A stretch of DNA of 64,000 bases from Balanoglossus misakiensis (taxonomy: Eukaryota; Animalia; Hemichordata), in assembly GCA_040954595.2 (NCBI GenBank), contig CM082583.2, positions 9,224,254 to 9,288,253 on the forward strand, in the 5' to 3' direction. Position 1 is the first letter of the stretch. Every line of letters starts with the position of its first letter. The notes under the pieces were generated by a model. It was not told where the DNA came from and made no database searches. It was given only the letters and a program-made list of their open reading frames with translations. Made by a program: the position numbers and the translations under genes. This document shows positions 40,130 through 52,095 of this stretch, piece by piece.

Positions 40130-41404
40130 GGCGGCCATTTTGAAATTCAAATTTGAGACAATCTCCACAAACTTTTAACAGGTGCAATGACTTACCGTGT
40201 GATGGCATCCACGAAACGCGTTTCCTGCGACATTTCGTCTTCTGCAGTCGCCAAGGGACACAGTTTAAGCGCATAGGTATGTTCGAATAAATAACTACAC
40301 AAATTATCAATTAATACGACCACCTGATCGTCTGCTGTTGGTTTTGTTCAGTTGCATAGTGATTCTCAGCCCACCGGCCATTTTCATGACCCCTGCGTGA
40401 CCTTACATCCTCGTACTTCCGTCAGTAAGAATCCATCGGGTTGAGTAAAACCTCTACTAGTCTCAAAATGTTTAATTTGACAACCCCATGCCAGCGGAAG
40501 TACAAAATGTCACGAAAATGACCACATAAGTCACTTTAATCTCGAAATGCTCTTTTTTTAAAAAACCAAAAACAACGGATGGTTTATTTTATCTTCAGCA
40601 TGCTTCGACGCACATCATATACCCATGTTAGTCATTTTAGTTTCGTCGCTGAATAAATAATCATTTGTTTATAAGGAACAAGGGTTAAAACATCTGATTA
40701 AGCAATTGCTCTTGAATGATTCACAACATTACTAATTATGCACACTGAAATATAAGCTAGTGTTTACCATTTTTCTTGTCACAGCTTTTTACAAGAAACC
40801 ACGGTGCAAAAATCAAGATCAATAATACTTAGTAAGAGCAAAACAGTGTCGGACCACTGTTTTTTCAGTCACCATGGTAACATCTCATGTGGTAACGAAA
40901 TTTTACCGTATTTCAAAATTATGCTTGATTTCCTTTTCAGTGTTAAAAGCCAGGAACGGTGAATAAGATGTCCATTAGAACGCTCTGTAAATATTTATAT
41001 ACTTGTCCCTTCTTTGCATTCGCATTTTGTTTCGCCCTTATGAATTTGGTAATTGGGTAATCCATTTAGAATGAGCCGTGCAAGCAGTCGCAAACCTAGA
41101 ACTGCACTGTCTACACTGAGACACCTTTCCCACCGGACGAAAGCTAATCGAAAAATTATGGCTTCACTCAATGATGAAGTTCCGTTAGCAGTCCCTTATC
41201 GTTATAACTAATTGATTCTGGGAAGAACAAAACAGCGGAAATTTAAAAACTTTTTGAAACAATCGACTTTTAGCACTTACTGGGAAATCCAGTCGGGTGT
41301 CCTGTAGATATTCCTGTAGTGATATAATTGGGAATTGAAATTGGGAGCCACCGTATGAGAGAGCCTGCCAAATTGTCTCGATTTTCAAATTCAAAATGGC
41401 CGCC
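40130..41404. mobile_element. Putative non-autonomous DNA-transposon-derived region bounded by 33-bp imperfect inverted repeats
   Basis: 40130-40162 ggcggccattttgaaattcaaatttgagacaat matches the reverse complement of 41372-41404, ggcggccattttgaatttgaaaatcgagacaat. No coding capacity between them and no TSD identified. Confidence 0.45.
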
Positions 41405-44400
41405 GCTCTGTGTTAACACTATGGATGAAATTAATGGCAGCCATTTTTATGAAAACCAAAAGGTCATGCAGCTCTCCAAAAATATTGATTTCGCTCACAA
41501 AATATCAATCAAATAATATTTTATTTAAATTGGGCTCTTTGCTACCCACGACCCTAAAACAATAATATTATCCAAAGGTAAAACACGTCAGAGAGATTCC
41601 GGTCCGTGGACGTACATCTGAGTGTTAGTCATGTCATGCATTGTGAGACATTGCATTTCAACGACGCATATCGTGCGACATCTCCAGGCGCCATCAATCT
41701 ATCCAATCATGAGTCACCTTAGCTGAAGGACGGTGCGTTTGCCGACTGACGATTAAAAATTATCTTCACACACAATTGTTAGCCGTGTCTGCAGTCACAG
41801 GCCTATTACACAACAGGAAACGTACTGTCCAATGACTCTTCAGTAAATCACGTGAGAGTTACGTCCAATTTTTAAGTTATCATTGAACCGTTACAAAATA
41901 TTATCAGACTGAAGACATGTTTGCAACTAATTAATGACATTTACGCCGATTAATTTTGGAACACTGACGAGGAATCGCAAATTTCTGCAGACAGTTCTAA
42001 TTAATTATAAAGAATTTTATTTTCGTTATAATATCCCCCAGACGAGTTTTCTATTTGTAATCCAATAAGCGTGAATACTCTCCTAATTTAAGTTCTGAAA
42101 TTCACTTTTGCGATCCTGTAATAGTTTTGATGATATGCTGTTTGAATTGATCCCCCGGTAAATCGAGTAATGTTGATGTTTCAAATAGGACCCTTACCCG
42201 AAACTTGATCCCTCCCCCTTTAACCCACTTGGAGTGCCACTTTTAATGTTCGAAAACACCTGTTTGATCATGTGATCGTCACCGCGTTATCCCTGAATAA
42301 AATGCTTTGTGTGTATGCGCTATGCTAAGGTGTAAACCATGGCGAAGAATGATCATTATAGAACGATCCACAGACATAGAAAATTTGTAGCCAGAGCTAG
42401 GTGTAGCTGCAGTGAACAGAAGATCCTTTTATTATCTTTTTTATCGACACCGTTGTGGACCGAATAGATGATTACGCTACGCGCAGCAGAAATTGTAAAA
42501 GATTCAGTAGTTCTGCTCCCTCTCGTCTTTAAAATCTCAGCTTTTGTTTATAATTGCAAAACAAATGGGCTCTTAAAAGTACAGGTGATGGTTTTGTGTA
42601 TTGGCCATAACCCGATATGAATAATAGGCTGACTTAAGTGCAAGGTCCATCATTATTTTCACCACAGTTGTATAATTCATAATCGTACATGTGCAGTAGC
42701 AGTTCTTTGAAACGCACAGAGTTGCCGTTTTCTTGGATTGATGGGTAAACCTAATGGAATCCATGCCCCCGCACGATATGAATCTTTCTCATCGGGTGCA
42801 TGCACGGACCTTGCCGGTAGCACTTGGACGTCTTAATGATTGAGGCAGCGACCACGCGCCACCTTGCAATCCGTGATAAACGACATTCTGAAAACTAATC
42901 AATCACGTGACGCGTATCGGCGGAGCGCATCAGCGAAGCCGTTATCATTTATCTATCAATGCAGCGCATGTAAATTCCTTCGGAAAGTACAGGCGCCATT
43001 GATAATCACAAAGATTGTCAAGCATTCGTGTTTCTTTGTAAAGTGCATTAAATATTCAGAAAGCCTTTGAATATTTCAGTTATGTTGACATGGACACCAC
43101 TGTCTCTGCGCACCTTGATAACGATGATATGCTCGTTATATGTCCATTAGCTGTACAACTTCAACACCGTCTTCCGGTGTTGTTAGTTCTGTCTGTGAGC
43201 TGTATTTTCTTGTTCTACTCCTTATGTCGTGCCAAGCTATCCACAGCACTGCCTGTCTGTCTACTTTAAACATTTACATGTATACATGTCAGGTTGTTTT
43301 ATTGCTGACAGTGCGATGTACACAAATGAGACAGATGTTGTACACACAACACATTAAAATAACACAGCTAATTATGGAGCTATCAGGTTGACATTTGTAC
43401 TGAACGACGAACATCAAATTGTGGAATCTCTGCCAGTGTGGAGAGTATCTCGGTCAACAAATGCACAAGTTAGGCTATTATTGGAACTTTTTTCATAAAA
43501 AAACAGCCTCTAACTGCATATCAGCACACATAGGTAATAACCTTACAGCCTCACTTTCCGTGCAAGAATGACGCCCGGTCTTGTATTGGAAAACAAATGA
43601 CAGGTTACAGTTCGCCCTTGACACAAAATCTATTTTAACTTTTGGTTTGTAATGTCCAAATCGGGTAACCGTGTCAGTTTATAGCACAGATGCTGGTATG
43701 CACGCTGAAAATAATTGATTGATTTGGGTCACCTGTCGCAAACAATACTTGGCATGAATTCCTATAATTTTGCAATTGCATGTTTGCTCTTGATTTGCTT
43801 TGCATACATTTGTATTGTGACTGGAACATTAGGCTATGGCAGCGTCACAGTCATTCCAGAGTTCATTTTGAACTGGGTAATGCGTGAAAGGACATAGCTA
43901 TGTGACAAAAAGTAGCGCAACTATTGAAATTAAATTTGCCTTTATCAACTTTCTATGTCATTCATTCGCCAATTCACTTGATTGTCGTAATTTGAAGTGG
44001 GTACACATTTAAATTCAATTACAGTACTTTTAACCGCAGTCTACGGTTAATTGTTCGATTTACATTTGAACACACGAGCATCCATGGGGCGTCTTTCACA
44101 AGTCACCAGTCCTGCGAAGTGGAAGGAAAACGAAGACTTGGAATAAGTCTGGGGTCAAGCGCCGCCGCGCGCACGCAACCAGCCTGCAGGCTGGGAACTA
44201 GTTCCGTGACGTGTGGCCTCGATAGGCCTGATCACCTAATTTCACTTTTCTTGTCTCTCTGTTGATAATGAAAATCCTTATCGCGTGTTGATCTTGTGCT
44301 CCCGGGGGGCACAGACATCTAAATAATAATTCCAATTTCACAGAAGATCACAAGAGTTCGTTGCCCGCTCAACAGGAGGAGTACGCAATGATGTAATTAC

Positions 44401-44804
44401 ATACATGTAGTATTCTGTTCTGAAAACGACGTAAAGCTACACAAATTAACCAAACCCCTTTAATAATGGCTGAGCAAATCCCTAACAAATTCCGTTCAGT
44501 TCCATGTTTCACCGTACGACGAGAATTTGCCATTAGAAAGAAAGGCGGCGCCGTGGCTTTTCAATCGATGGTGGCGCTGCACGTTCCCCGAACAATTCTT
44601 TTACATGTATCTCAGTGCGATTGTCGCAAAGTCAGATGTTAGACCTTCCAGGTTAAACTTTAAATTAAATGGACGTAAAACAATGCGAGGAAGCTGGCGG
44701 TCGACACATAAGCTACCTGGTGTTGCACACAACCAAAGTTATGGCAAACTTTCAGGGTTCCGCCCTAACGCGTGCGCGTTCATCACCATGCGATGCGCGA
44801 CCAC

Positions 44805-44836
44805 ATGCGATTGGTCCGAAGTACAAGTCACGTGAT
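44805..44836 (+). promoter_or_regulatory. Candidate proximal promoter of the coiled-coil gene: inverted CCAAT box and GTCACGTGA E-box
   Basis: ATTGG at 44810-44814 and GTCACGTGA at 44827-44835, about 140 bp upstream of the ATG at 44970. Confidence 0.4.
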
Positions 44837-44969
44837 ACGACAAAAGATTGTTCGAAAAGAGAACAGTGTTGCTAAGCGAACGCGCTTTTGTTTACAGAAC
44901 AAAGCGAAGAGTTTAGGTGATTATCGCCGTGTTGAGTCGAATATAGTCGAAACATTCTGCATTTCAACC

Positions 44970-45046
44970 ATGGGTAACGGTAAATCGAGCAAAAGAGCAC
45001 CATCCAAAGTAGGCAAGAAAGATCAAAAGGAGTTTGATACAATGGG
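44970..45046 (+). CDS. Uncharacterised coiled-coil protein, coding exon 1 (MGNGKSSKRAPSKVGKKDQKEFDTMG)
   Basis: Strong Kozak context caACCATGG; consensus donor GG|GTAAGT (phase 2) joins exon 2 in frame. Confidence 0.8.
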
Positions 45047-45268
45047 GTAAGTGATATTTTTTATTTCGGAATCTTATAGGCTTAGTTGTCGCAGCGGAGA
45101 AATCTAGGCCTAAGGTTAGGCCCACGATGTCTGTGCAATGCGAACACATTTTACTAAATATATTCTTGCATGTTTTTTTCGGTATCTCCGATGAGTCGCA
45201 AGGCTATCACAAACTATCTACATGTGTACACATCCATTCGCCACATTCATGTATTGTCTATATTTCAG

Positions 45269-46001
45269 TACCAGCGATTGGGACGTGGACACGTTGCACA
45301 GGGGGCTGAATGACGTTGCATTCCGTTTTGAAGAAATCTTGGCGGAGAATTCACGCCTCAAGCAACGTCACAGTGCCACTTGTTGCTTGTTGCCAAGGAG
45401 ACGCAAACGATCCAAGAAACCACTGCACGTCTATGGCGCAAGTGAGTTAGATGAACTCAGGTCCGTGTTCCGCGAGATGACGACACGAGTGAAGGAAATC
45501 GTCCAAGAAAACAACGACATGTACCAAAAAATACAGAAGTCCGACAGTCGACACGGCGATCTTATCGAGCGGCTGAATTTAATCAGCGAAGAAAATGACA
45601 AACTGAAGGAGAATATAGCCTCCTTAGAAACGGAGAGTCGCGCACATCTTGAAGTCACCGCCGAGTTACAAAAAGTCAAAGACGGGCTTGCTGAGGAGTT
45701 GTGTGATGTCAAGAGCGAGTTGAAGTTCACGGAAGAAAGCGCGGACACAATCGAAAAGGAGAAGTTCGAGTGCGAACTGAAAGTGGAGAGCATGGAAGAG
45801 AAAATGAAAGAACTCGAGGAAAAGCTTGCCAAGTTCAAGAAACTTGATGTGGAGGCGTTTTCTTTGAGGAGAAACAAGCGGCGTCTTGAGAAATCACTGG
45901 CTAACACAGAGAAGGAGAACAATGAACTGAAATGCAGAATTGAGCAACTGGAGGGGAAACTCAGTGAAGGAATTCTGCAGAACGATGTAGTCATTGGCTG
46001 A
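45269..46001 (+). CDS. Uncharacterised coiled-coil protein, coding exon 2 (joined product 269 aa)
   Basis: Acceptor tatttcag|T gives GG|T ACC AGC GAT TGG (G-T-S-D-W), in frame with ORF 45222..46001. E/K/L-rich heptad pattern; stop TGA ends at 46001; AATAAA at 46179. Confidence 0.85.
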
Positions 46002-46178
46002 TGAGATTAATCAAATGAACATAACATTTTTAAGGCACACACTGTTCCTACAGCTATGTTAAGAGCAATGTGACACTTGTACGCAAGTGTAGTTTACAGT
46101 GTCATGTTGAAATTTTCCCATTTTACAATATATTTTTTAATATTTATATTATATTATATCATATTTATAGGACACTTC

Positions 46179-46184
46179 AATAAA
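46179..46184 (+). terminator. Polyadenylation signal AATAAA of the coiled-coil gene
   Basis: Canonical hexamer 178 nt after the stop, followed by a GT/T-rich element (ttgtgtgttatgttttt, about 46209-46225). Confidence 0.6.
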
Positions 46185-46679
46185 AACTAATCTAATCTCG
46201 AAATTGACTTGTGTGTTATGTTTTTACTCAGCATACATAATACATACATACATGCAAACATACATAATCAAACTCCGAAAAACTTTAGTAGAAAATAATC
46301 TTTTGTTAAACTGCTAAGTCATGTGATATTCATAGAGAAAAATCAATGGCACATGTCAAATCCAAAATGAAAGCATCAAAATCTCAGGCAGGAAATAATG
46401 TCAGGGTCCAATACTACAGATGTGTCATGTTTGATACGTCTCATTGTATTTTTCTCAGAAACTGTCAGTCTTCAAGCTTGAGTACAAATAGTAGCAGGCA
46501 AAAATATGATGTGAGCCCTCACTGGCATATCAGAAAAGTCTTTTGTTTTTCAGTAACACCGAGTGGGTGTGGACATGTACACCGTTTGAATACAGTCCCT
46601 CAAGTTGTTTTTTTTCAGCGATAGCATTAATTACTGTAGAGGAATGACTGGTGGCTCCACTGAAACCCTAACAAAACTA

Positions 46680-46904
46680 TCAATCATTTTCAGTAAAATT
46701 GGTCTGAAGTGGGGTGATGTTGTGCGTAACATCTCGGTCTATCGACAGCCTCAGTTCCTTTGTGGCGTGAGTCAGCTGCAGAGCGGCGTCGGGACTGGCT
46801 GTGCCCGGCAACAGGGTACACTCTCTTTCCAACATGGCCGCCATGCCTTCCAGTAACTCGTAGAAACCAATGGTGAGGGCGGCCTTCCGGAGTCTGTTCA
46901 GTTC
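46680..46904 (-). CDS. INTS14: Integrator complex subunit 14 (VWA9), last coding exon
   Basis: ELNRLRKAALTIGFYELLEGMAAMLERECTLLP matches the INTS14 C-terminus as I know it. Acceptor ccaccgacag|GAA, stop TGA at 46682-46680. All 8 coding exons join in phase: 1503 nt, 500 aa. Confidence 0.93.
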   Translation of the reverse strand, partial: ELNRLRKAALTIGFYELLEGMAAMLERECTLLPGTASPDAALQLTHATKELRLSIDRDVTHNITPLQTNFTEND

Positions 46905-47083
46905 CTGTCGGTGGAAACACAATAATTGTATTATGAAATGTACTGTCACGCTGTGTCTGCACCTGTGTGGCTAAAGAACAGTAGCACAGTACATTGCCAC
47001 TCTATATCTGAGACAAAGTAATCTAGTTAAAGTGGCCTCAACCCCCTCTCACACAAATCGCACTCACAACCTCATTCACTCAC

Positions 47084-47149
47084 TTTATAGAAGGCTTGCT
47101 GTTTCTCCGGCAATTTCCTCGCTTGTCTCAGGATCTTCTGAATGTCAGC
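47084..47149 (-). CDS. INTS14: INTS14 coding exon 7 (ADIQKILRQARKLPEKQQAFYK), missing from the ORF track
   Basis: Acceptor ccatttcag|GCT, donor AAA|GTGAGT, 66 nt, phase 0/0; matches the conserved QKILR-ARKLPEK segment. Confidence 0.92.
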
Positions 47150-47340
47150 CTGAAATGGACAAAGAGACGGACACGTTCAGCTGAACGACAACATGGTGAG
47201 CGAGAGTGGAGGAAACTGTTTGGAGTGTTGATCAACAATGAGAATAGCCACGACCACAGACTGTATCAGGGCGTTACATATTAAGGAATCTGGTTACATT
47301 AGCGAAATCTTACAAACCTGCGACACCAGCTGCAGCTTAC

Positions 47341-47459
47341 CTGTAAACCACTGGCTTTGACCCAGACAACACTATTCTGTGCATAGCTTCTCTTTTCCGT
47401 CGGTCTCACGGGAAATGGGGTCTTGGTGTCTTCCTCTCCGTACGGATTGACGTCAAAAT
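47341..47459 (-). CDS. INTS14: INTS14 coding exon 6 (DFDVNPYGEED...VVWVKASGLQ)
   Basis: Acceptor actcag|AT, donor CAG|GTAAGC; phases 1/0 consistent. Confidence 0.9.
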
Positions 47460-47568
47460 CTGAGTCGCAATGAAAATTGGGACACATAATTCCAAAACAA
47501 AACTTGTGATTGAGAGAGATCTAGCTGACAGTCTGCAAGGGGGGAATCTAACAATAAGAATATCTCAC

Positions 47569-47702
47569 CTGTGCACGGACCCAGCATCGAGAATCTTCCC
47601 AACCAAGATATGCTTGCATCTCCCGGTTCGAATATGGACAGCATCAAGTTGGATTTCTTCTTGCTGTCTGCCCACGAGTACAGCATTCCGTACCAATCAG
47701 GT
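47569..47702 (-). CDS. INTS14: INTS14 coding exon 5 (PDWYGMLYSWADSKKKSNLMLSIFEPG...)
   Basis: Acceptor ccatctag|A, donor G|GTGAGA; conserved ADSKKKSNLM motif; phases 2/1. Confidence 0.92.
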
Positions 47703-47765
47703 CTAGATGGTGTGCATTAAGTGATATGTTATGTAAGTGTCTAGTAGGATTCGAACCTATTAATC

Positions 47766-47767
<2 letters not shown>

Positions 47768-47807
<40 letters not shown>
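47768..47807. repeat. (TCAA)n tetranucleotide microsatellite in an INTS14 intron
   Basis: Seen directly. Confidence 0.95.
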
Positions 47808-47907
47808 GCATCGCCTGCTTGCTTAGGGACAATTACGGCTGCTGATGATAATGCAGTCAATGATGTACAGTAGTTTAACAAATTACACAATCATGTTCTT
47901 TACTCAC

Positions 47908-48028
47908 CCTATCTGCGCCAACGCAACCATGTTCTCAACCTTCAGACTTCCGTGCAGCAAGACACAGAACGAGGGCGTCTTCCCCTCATCTGTGCCGTCC
48001 TCATCGTCGGAGACCTTGGCGCTGGGGT
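47908..48028 (-). CDS. INTS14: INTS14 coding exon 4 (DPSAKVSDD...PSFCVLLHGSLKVENMVALAQIG)
   Basis: Acceptor ctcctgcag|AC, donor GG|GTGAGT; conserved FCVLLHGSLKVE motif; phases 1/2. Confidence 0.92.
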
Positions 48029-49883
48029 CTGCAGGAGTCAAGGAGACGCTGATTAGCACGGATACGCAATGGAGAGGGGAAACGCACAATGTCTCCGAGA
48101 CAGTGAAGTCATTTCGTCTGATGATGAAAAGTGATATCACAGTGCCAACCCTGAGGGTGGAGATGAACTAAGAAAATCCCATCTTAGTTGCTGCCCCGGG
48201 GATAAAATAAACATTTCGCTGTGATTAAAAGAAGATTACTTTGTGAACTTTTGCGTTCTGCAATTAAGAATTGCCCCTTCTATCCAAATCTATAATTATA
48301 AGTGTGAAGCCTCGTCAGAAAAGTATATAAGCCCCGCAAGCTCTGGTCCCCAACAGTTGATTCAGGTACATGTAGGAATCTGAGCATTAAAGAGTAGCAG
48401 CTGAAAAAAATCCACTGTGGCACATCTTTTTACTTTTGATCATAAACATTAAATTTTGATATTAAAAGTACAGCATGAATGGTTCCTCAATTATGTTTTC
48501 AAATTTGCGCTTAAATGCTACTGCACACGTCATGTGGAATTACCTTAATTCACATCAAAATCCACCAAAATAGTACATCGCCGGTCTTTTCCTATTAACA
48601 AAGCAAATTTTCCTATACCACCACAGATGATTAAATCAGCCATATTTCTTGATTCAAATATGCACTCCTACGCTGGAGCAAAATTCAGCAATTTCATGAA
48701 AGAACGGTTGACAACAGACCTCACACACATAACAGATGCATTTGATAATCAGATTAACACTGCGTTTGGTGTGAGAGCCTCGCGTCTGAATGCCCTGTGA
48801 CGTAAATACATGCCACCGAATGCAACCGTGCTATTAACTCCCACCATGTTATCCAGTGGACGACCTCGGCGTAATTTCATTAAGCAGGAAATATGTTATC
48901 CAATATTACAAGGTGTATGCATTAAGCACTGACAATAGACTGCAGGGTTATTTCAAAGAAGTGGCCTGTGATCGTGTGGTTTGTGCTGTTTCTGGAAGTG
49001 GTTTCTGATTTGTCAAGGGGATATAATAGCCACCACTTGAATACATTTCATTTGTAAATGTGCATCAATTAGCAAAGTGGGTAAACTTGGACGCCTTCAG
49101 AGGGAAATGGGGGTAAAGATTTCATGGAGAAAATTGATAGCAAGGACGGGTCTGTGCGCTGCAATAACAGCTGAGAATATTTTAATAAAAAGGATTACTA
49201 GGGATCTAACTGAGCATTGAAGTTGGTGGGGTGTGAAGGTCCACCCATTCTAATGAAAGTCCAGCCTGAGAGATTAGTCACACTAAATTAGTCAAAAGCT
49301 ATTAAACTTGCTCCTAATTACTTTACCCTTGATTTAATTGAGCCTCTTTTGTCAAAATTTATGAGAAAAAAATCATTGGAATGACGACATGCTCCATTGT
49401 CTGATTGAAATGGACACAAAGGACACAGAGATTAGAGTACTTATAATATTATTTCCTGATGAAAGCGATCGAATTGGAAACATCATGCCACCTGTGTTTT
49501 GTGGAAGTGAAATAATTTCTACAAGGTCTATCCAAGTACAGACTGCAAGAATATACCATTACACAGAAAACAGAGGGGTGGGGAGGATAACTCTGATAGT
49601 GTTTTGTAGAGTACATGTACTAACTTTGTGAATGAATGTCTCAAAGGGTCAGTTTGTTTTTTTCGTTCTGTATGTCAACTACAATTAAAATTACCTCCAT
49701 TATTATGCAAAATTAGTCATCACACTACCAGAAATTCCTGGGGAGAACACACTGCATGTGTCTAATGACTGTTATTATCATTGACAAAAGACTCAAAAAG
49801 TCAATCTTCAATGACAATGGTACAGATTGCAATTTTGTCTCAAGCTGTCGCATTTTACTAAACGAGTCATTCTGTTTCGTTAC

Positions 49884-50388
49884 CTTTCTGTGGTCTTGGC
49901 AACACCAGGTGTCGCGAAATTATAGGCGGGCTGCAGATGTCGGCGATATCCATGAAACCGCAGATCTGCAACTCGTGCGAGACTTCTTTGCAGACCGTCT
50001 CAAAGTCGTGGCTCTTGAAGTAGACCTCGGGCGTGGGCGTCAGCTGGATCTCCGAATCCAGGTGCCCGCACTTCAAGACGCCGTAGAAGGGGGCGAAGGC
50101 GTTCTCGGCGAACCGGCCGAACATCTGCTGCACCGACTTCAGGCTGAGGGCGCCCTCGGGCAGGTGGACGCTTCCCCCGCCGCCGTTGACGTCGATCAGC
50201 TTCTGGTAGAGGTTCAGGGCGCCACACTGAAGAGCCTCGCTCTGGGAGCAGATCAGCATCACTTGGATCTTGCAAGGAAACGGGAAAGGGATGGGCAGCA
50301 CGCGGTCCTTGGCCGACTTGGAGTTGTCCAGCATGTGACGAAGGGAGCCTGCACCGTGGCCACTCCTGCCATCAGTAACCAAAATCAA
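49884..50388 (-). CDS. INTS14: INTS14 coding exon 3 (LILVTDG...SPPIISRHLVLPRPQK)
   Basis: VWA-type LVTDG motif, then PFPFP, LKCGHL and SPP-ISRHLVLP segments. Acceptor tctcctag|TTG, donor G|GTAACG; phases 0/1. Confidence 0.93.
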
Positions 50389-50565
50389 CTAGGAGATGAA
50401 AAAATAAATTAAGATAACTCTGGTGTCAGTGTACATATTTACAATATGTATATGTATACATTTCTTGCAAGCTCAATATCCATGTAGTGCTGGCAAATGA
50501 AACATGCTAACAGGTGGTAATATTAATAAACACACGAAGTGAAACCACATGCAAAGTCGCAGTAC

Positions 50566-50673
50566 CTGGCAGGGTGTTGCTGAACTCCATTCTTCTAAAA
50601 CAATGGACTTGACTTCCATCAAAGCCATTTCCAGTCTGGTCTTGTCATACAAATCCAACTTGAGCACTTCTTT
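50566..50673 (-). CDS. INTS14: INTS14 coding exon 2 (KEVLKLDLYDKTRLE...ATPCQ)
   Basis: Acceptor cttccacttcag|AAA, donor CAG|GTACTG, 108 nt, phase 0/0. Confidence 0.92.
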
Positions 50674-51351
50674 CTGAAGTGGAAGAAAACGTCAAAAGTA
50701 TTGAAGGACAGTTGTCCTACTGTTAACAAGGACGTGCGTGACCAGCCAAATTCCATAAATCTCGTGGGCACACAACATACATATAATCGTGATTAAAAAC
50801 TGTCACATTATTTATTTTGCAGGAATAATGATCTGATTCATGATTGTATTAAACACGCACCCCCATCTGGTGCTCGTATGTCACTGTGTTACACATTCTT
50901 TTTTTGAATAAAAATATGACTAGATTACATGTACTTCATGTCACATAATTACAAAACCAGTGATGAACTGTTTTCGTGAACTTTCTATGAACTCTGGTTT
51001 CATGCCATACAAACTCTACTTCTATTGGTGATATCGATAAAAAAGTGGTTTTTCAGGTTAATGTGAAGCTGTTATCAATTACATACATACGTGAAATGCT
51101 GGTCTAGAATTCTGATTACCCCATGATTGATTACACTATGCATGTACATTGCACGGTCACCAACTCCATTGTTGCATCTGAAAATTAATGACTTGGATCC
51201 ACTAGGCATCGCAAGCACTGGGAACAATGCGCAATATGAAACCAATCTTATAATTTTTTTTCAGCATCACTCATGCTCTATTTGTTAATGTCAAGGCAAC
51301 TAATTGAGATACTGCACTTTTTTACATGTATACTTTCAGCTTTGGACAAAC

Positions 51352-51576
51352 CTTCAATTCATTGTAATCTCTTGTGAACGGAACTTTGAGCTCAAACAGC
51401 GACGAGAAGACAGAGAGTCCCGTGAACTCAAGTCGGCTGTATGTGGCCATGTAGTCCAGCAGCGACGTGATTCCATGCTGAGCCAAATGGCGACGCTGGT
51501 ATTCTTCACCTCCGTCTGTCGGTGGCAAGGGCCTTGCCATCGACAAGGACACATCCACAAGTATAAGAGTTGGCAT
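51352..51576 (-). CDS. INTS14: INTS14 coding exon 1 (MPTLILVDVSLSMARP...PFTRDYNELK)
   Basis: The MIDAS-like DVSLS motif and MPT start are typical of INTS14/VWA9. Exon acceptor ctttttttctag|G at 51594, ATG at 51576, donor AAG|GTTTGT. Confidence 0.93.
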
Positions 51577-52095
51577 TTTCGCTTATCTGTATACCTAGAA
51601 AAAAAGAAAGACGAAGGAAAGGAAGGCATGATTGCAGTTTAATGATCCTCAATACAAGATGGCAATCTCTGCATACATTTATAATTCACAACATGTGTAA
51701 AGAGGAACATCATCTCAAGCCATCCTGTTTTAGGGAAACTGGTATATTGTATGACCTCCAATCCATGCTTATTTTGATGGTACTTTGGCTTGGCTGTTCC
51801 CAGAATTCATTGAGAGCAGAGTGCATCATTGATGACACTGAATCAATGATGGAACTAATCCAATCCCTCCTTAGGCCTGAGCTCCCCTGCCAGACCCTAA
51901 CTCATAGCAGTTTTGTGCAAAGTACATGTAGCTCTGCGTGGCAGGGCTGTGTGTCTAATACGGCGAACCACACAGCAGCCAGTGGTGTGGAGGCATATAT
52001 ACACACAGCCCTGCCACACACGAGCTATGTGCAATAAGTACGTGTAGGCACAGTCCACAGTGTATTTGCAACGCTGTGCTAAAAGATCTACTTAC

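Noticed and set aside
45431-45994. 187-aa Ser/Phe-rich minus-strand ORF
   Set aside because: Antisense shadow of the Glu/Lys-rich coiled-coil exon.
47745-47760. GGTTCGAATCC B-box on the minus strand (similar GTTCGAATCC near 61963)
   Set aside because: Isolated motifs without an A box or cloverleaf; not tRNA genes.
49756-50412. 218-aa plus-strand ORF
   Set aside because: Antisense shadow of the GC3-rich INTS14 exon.
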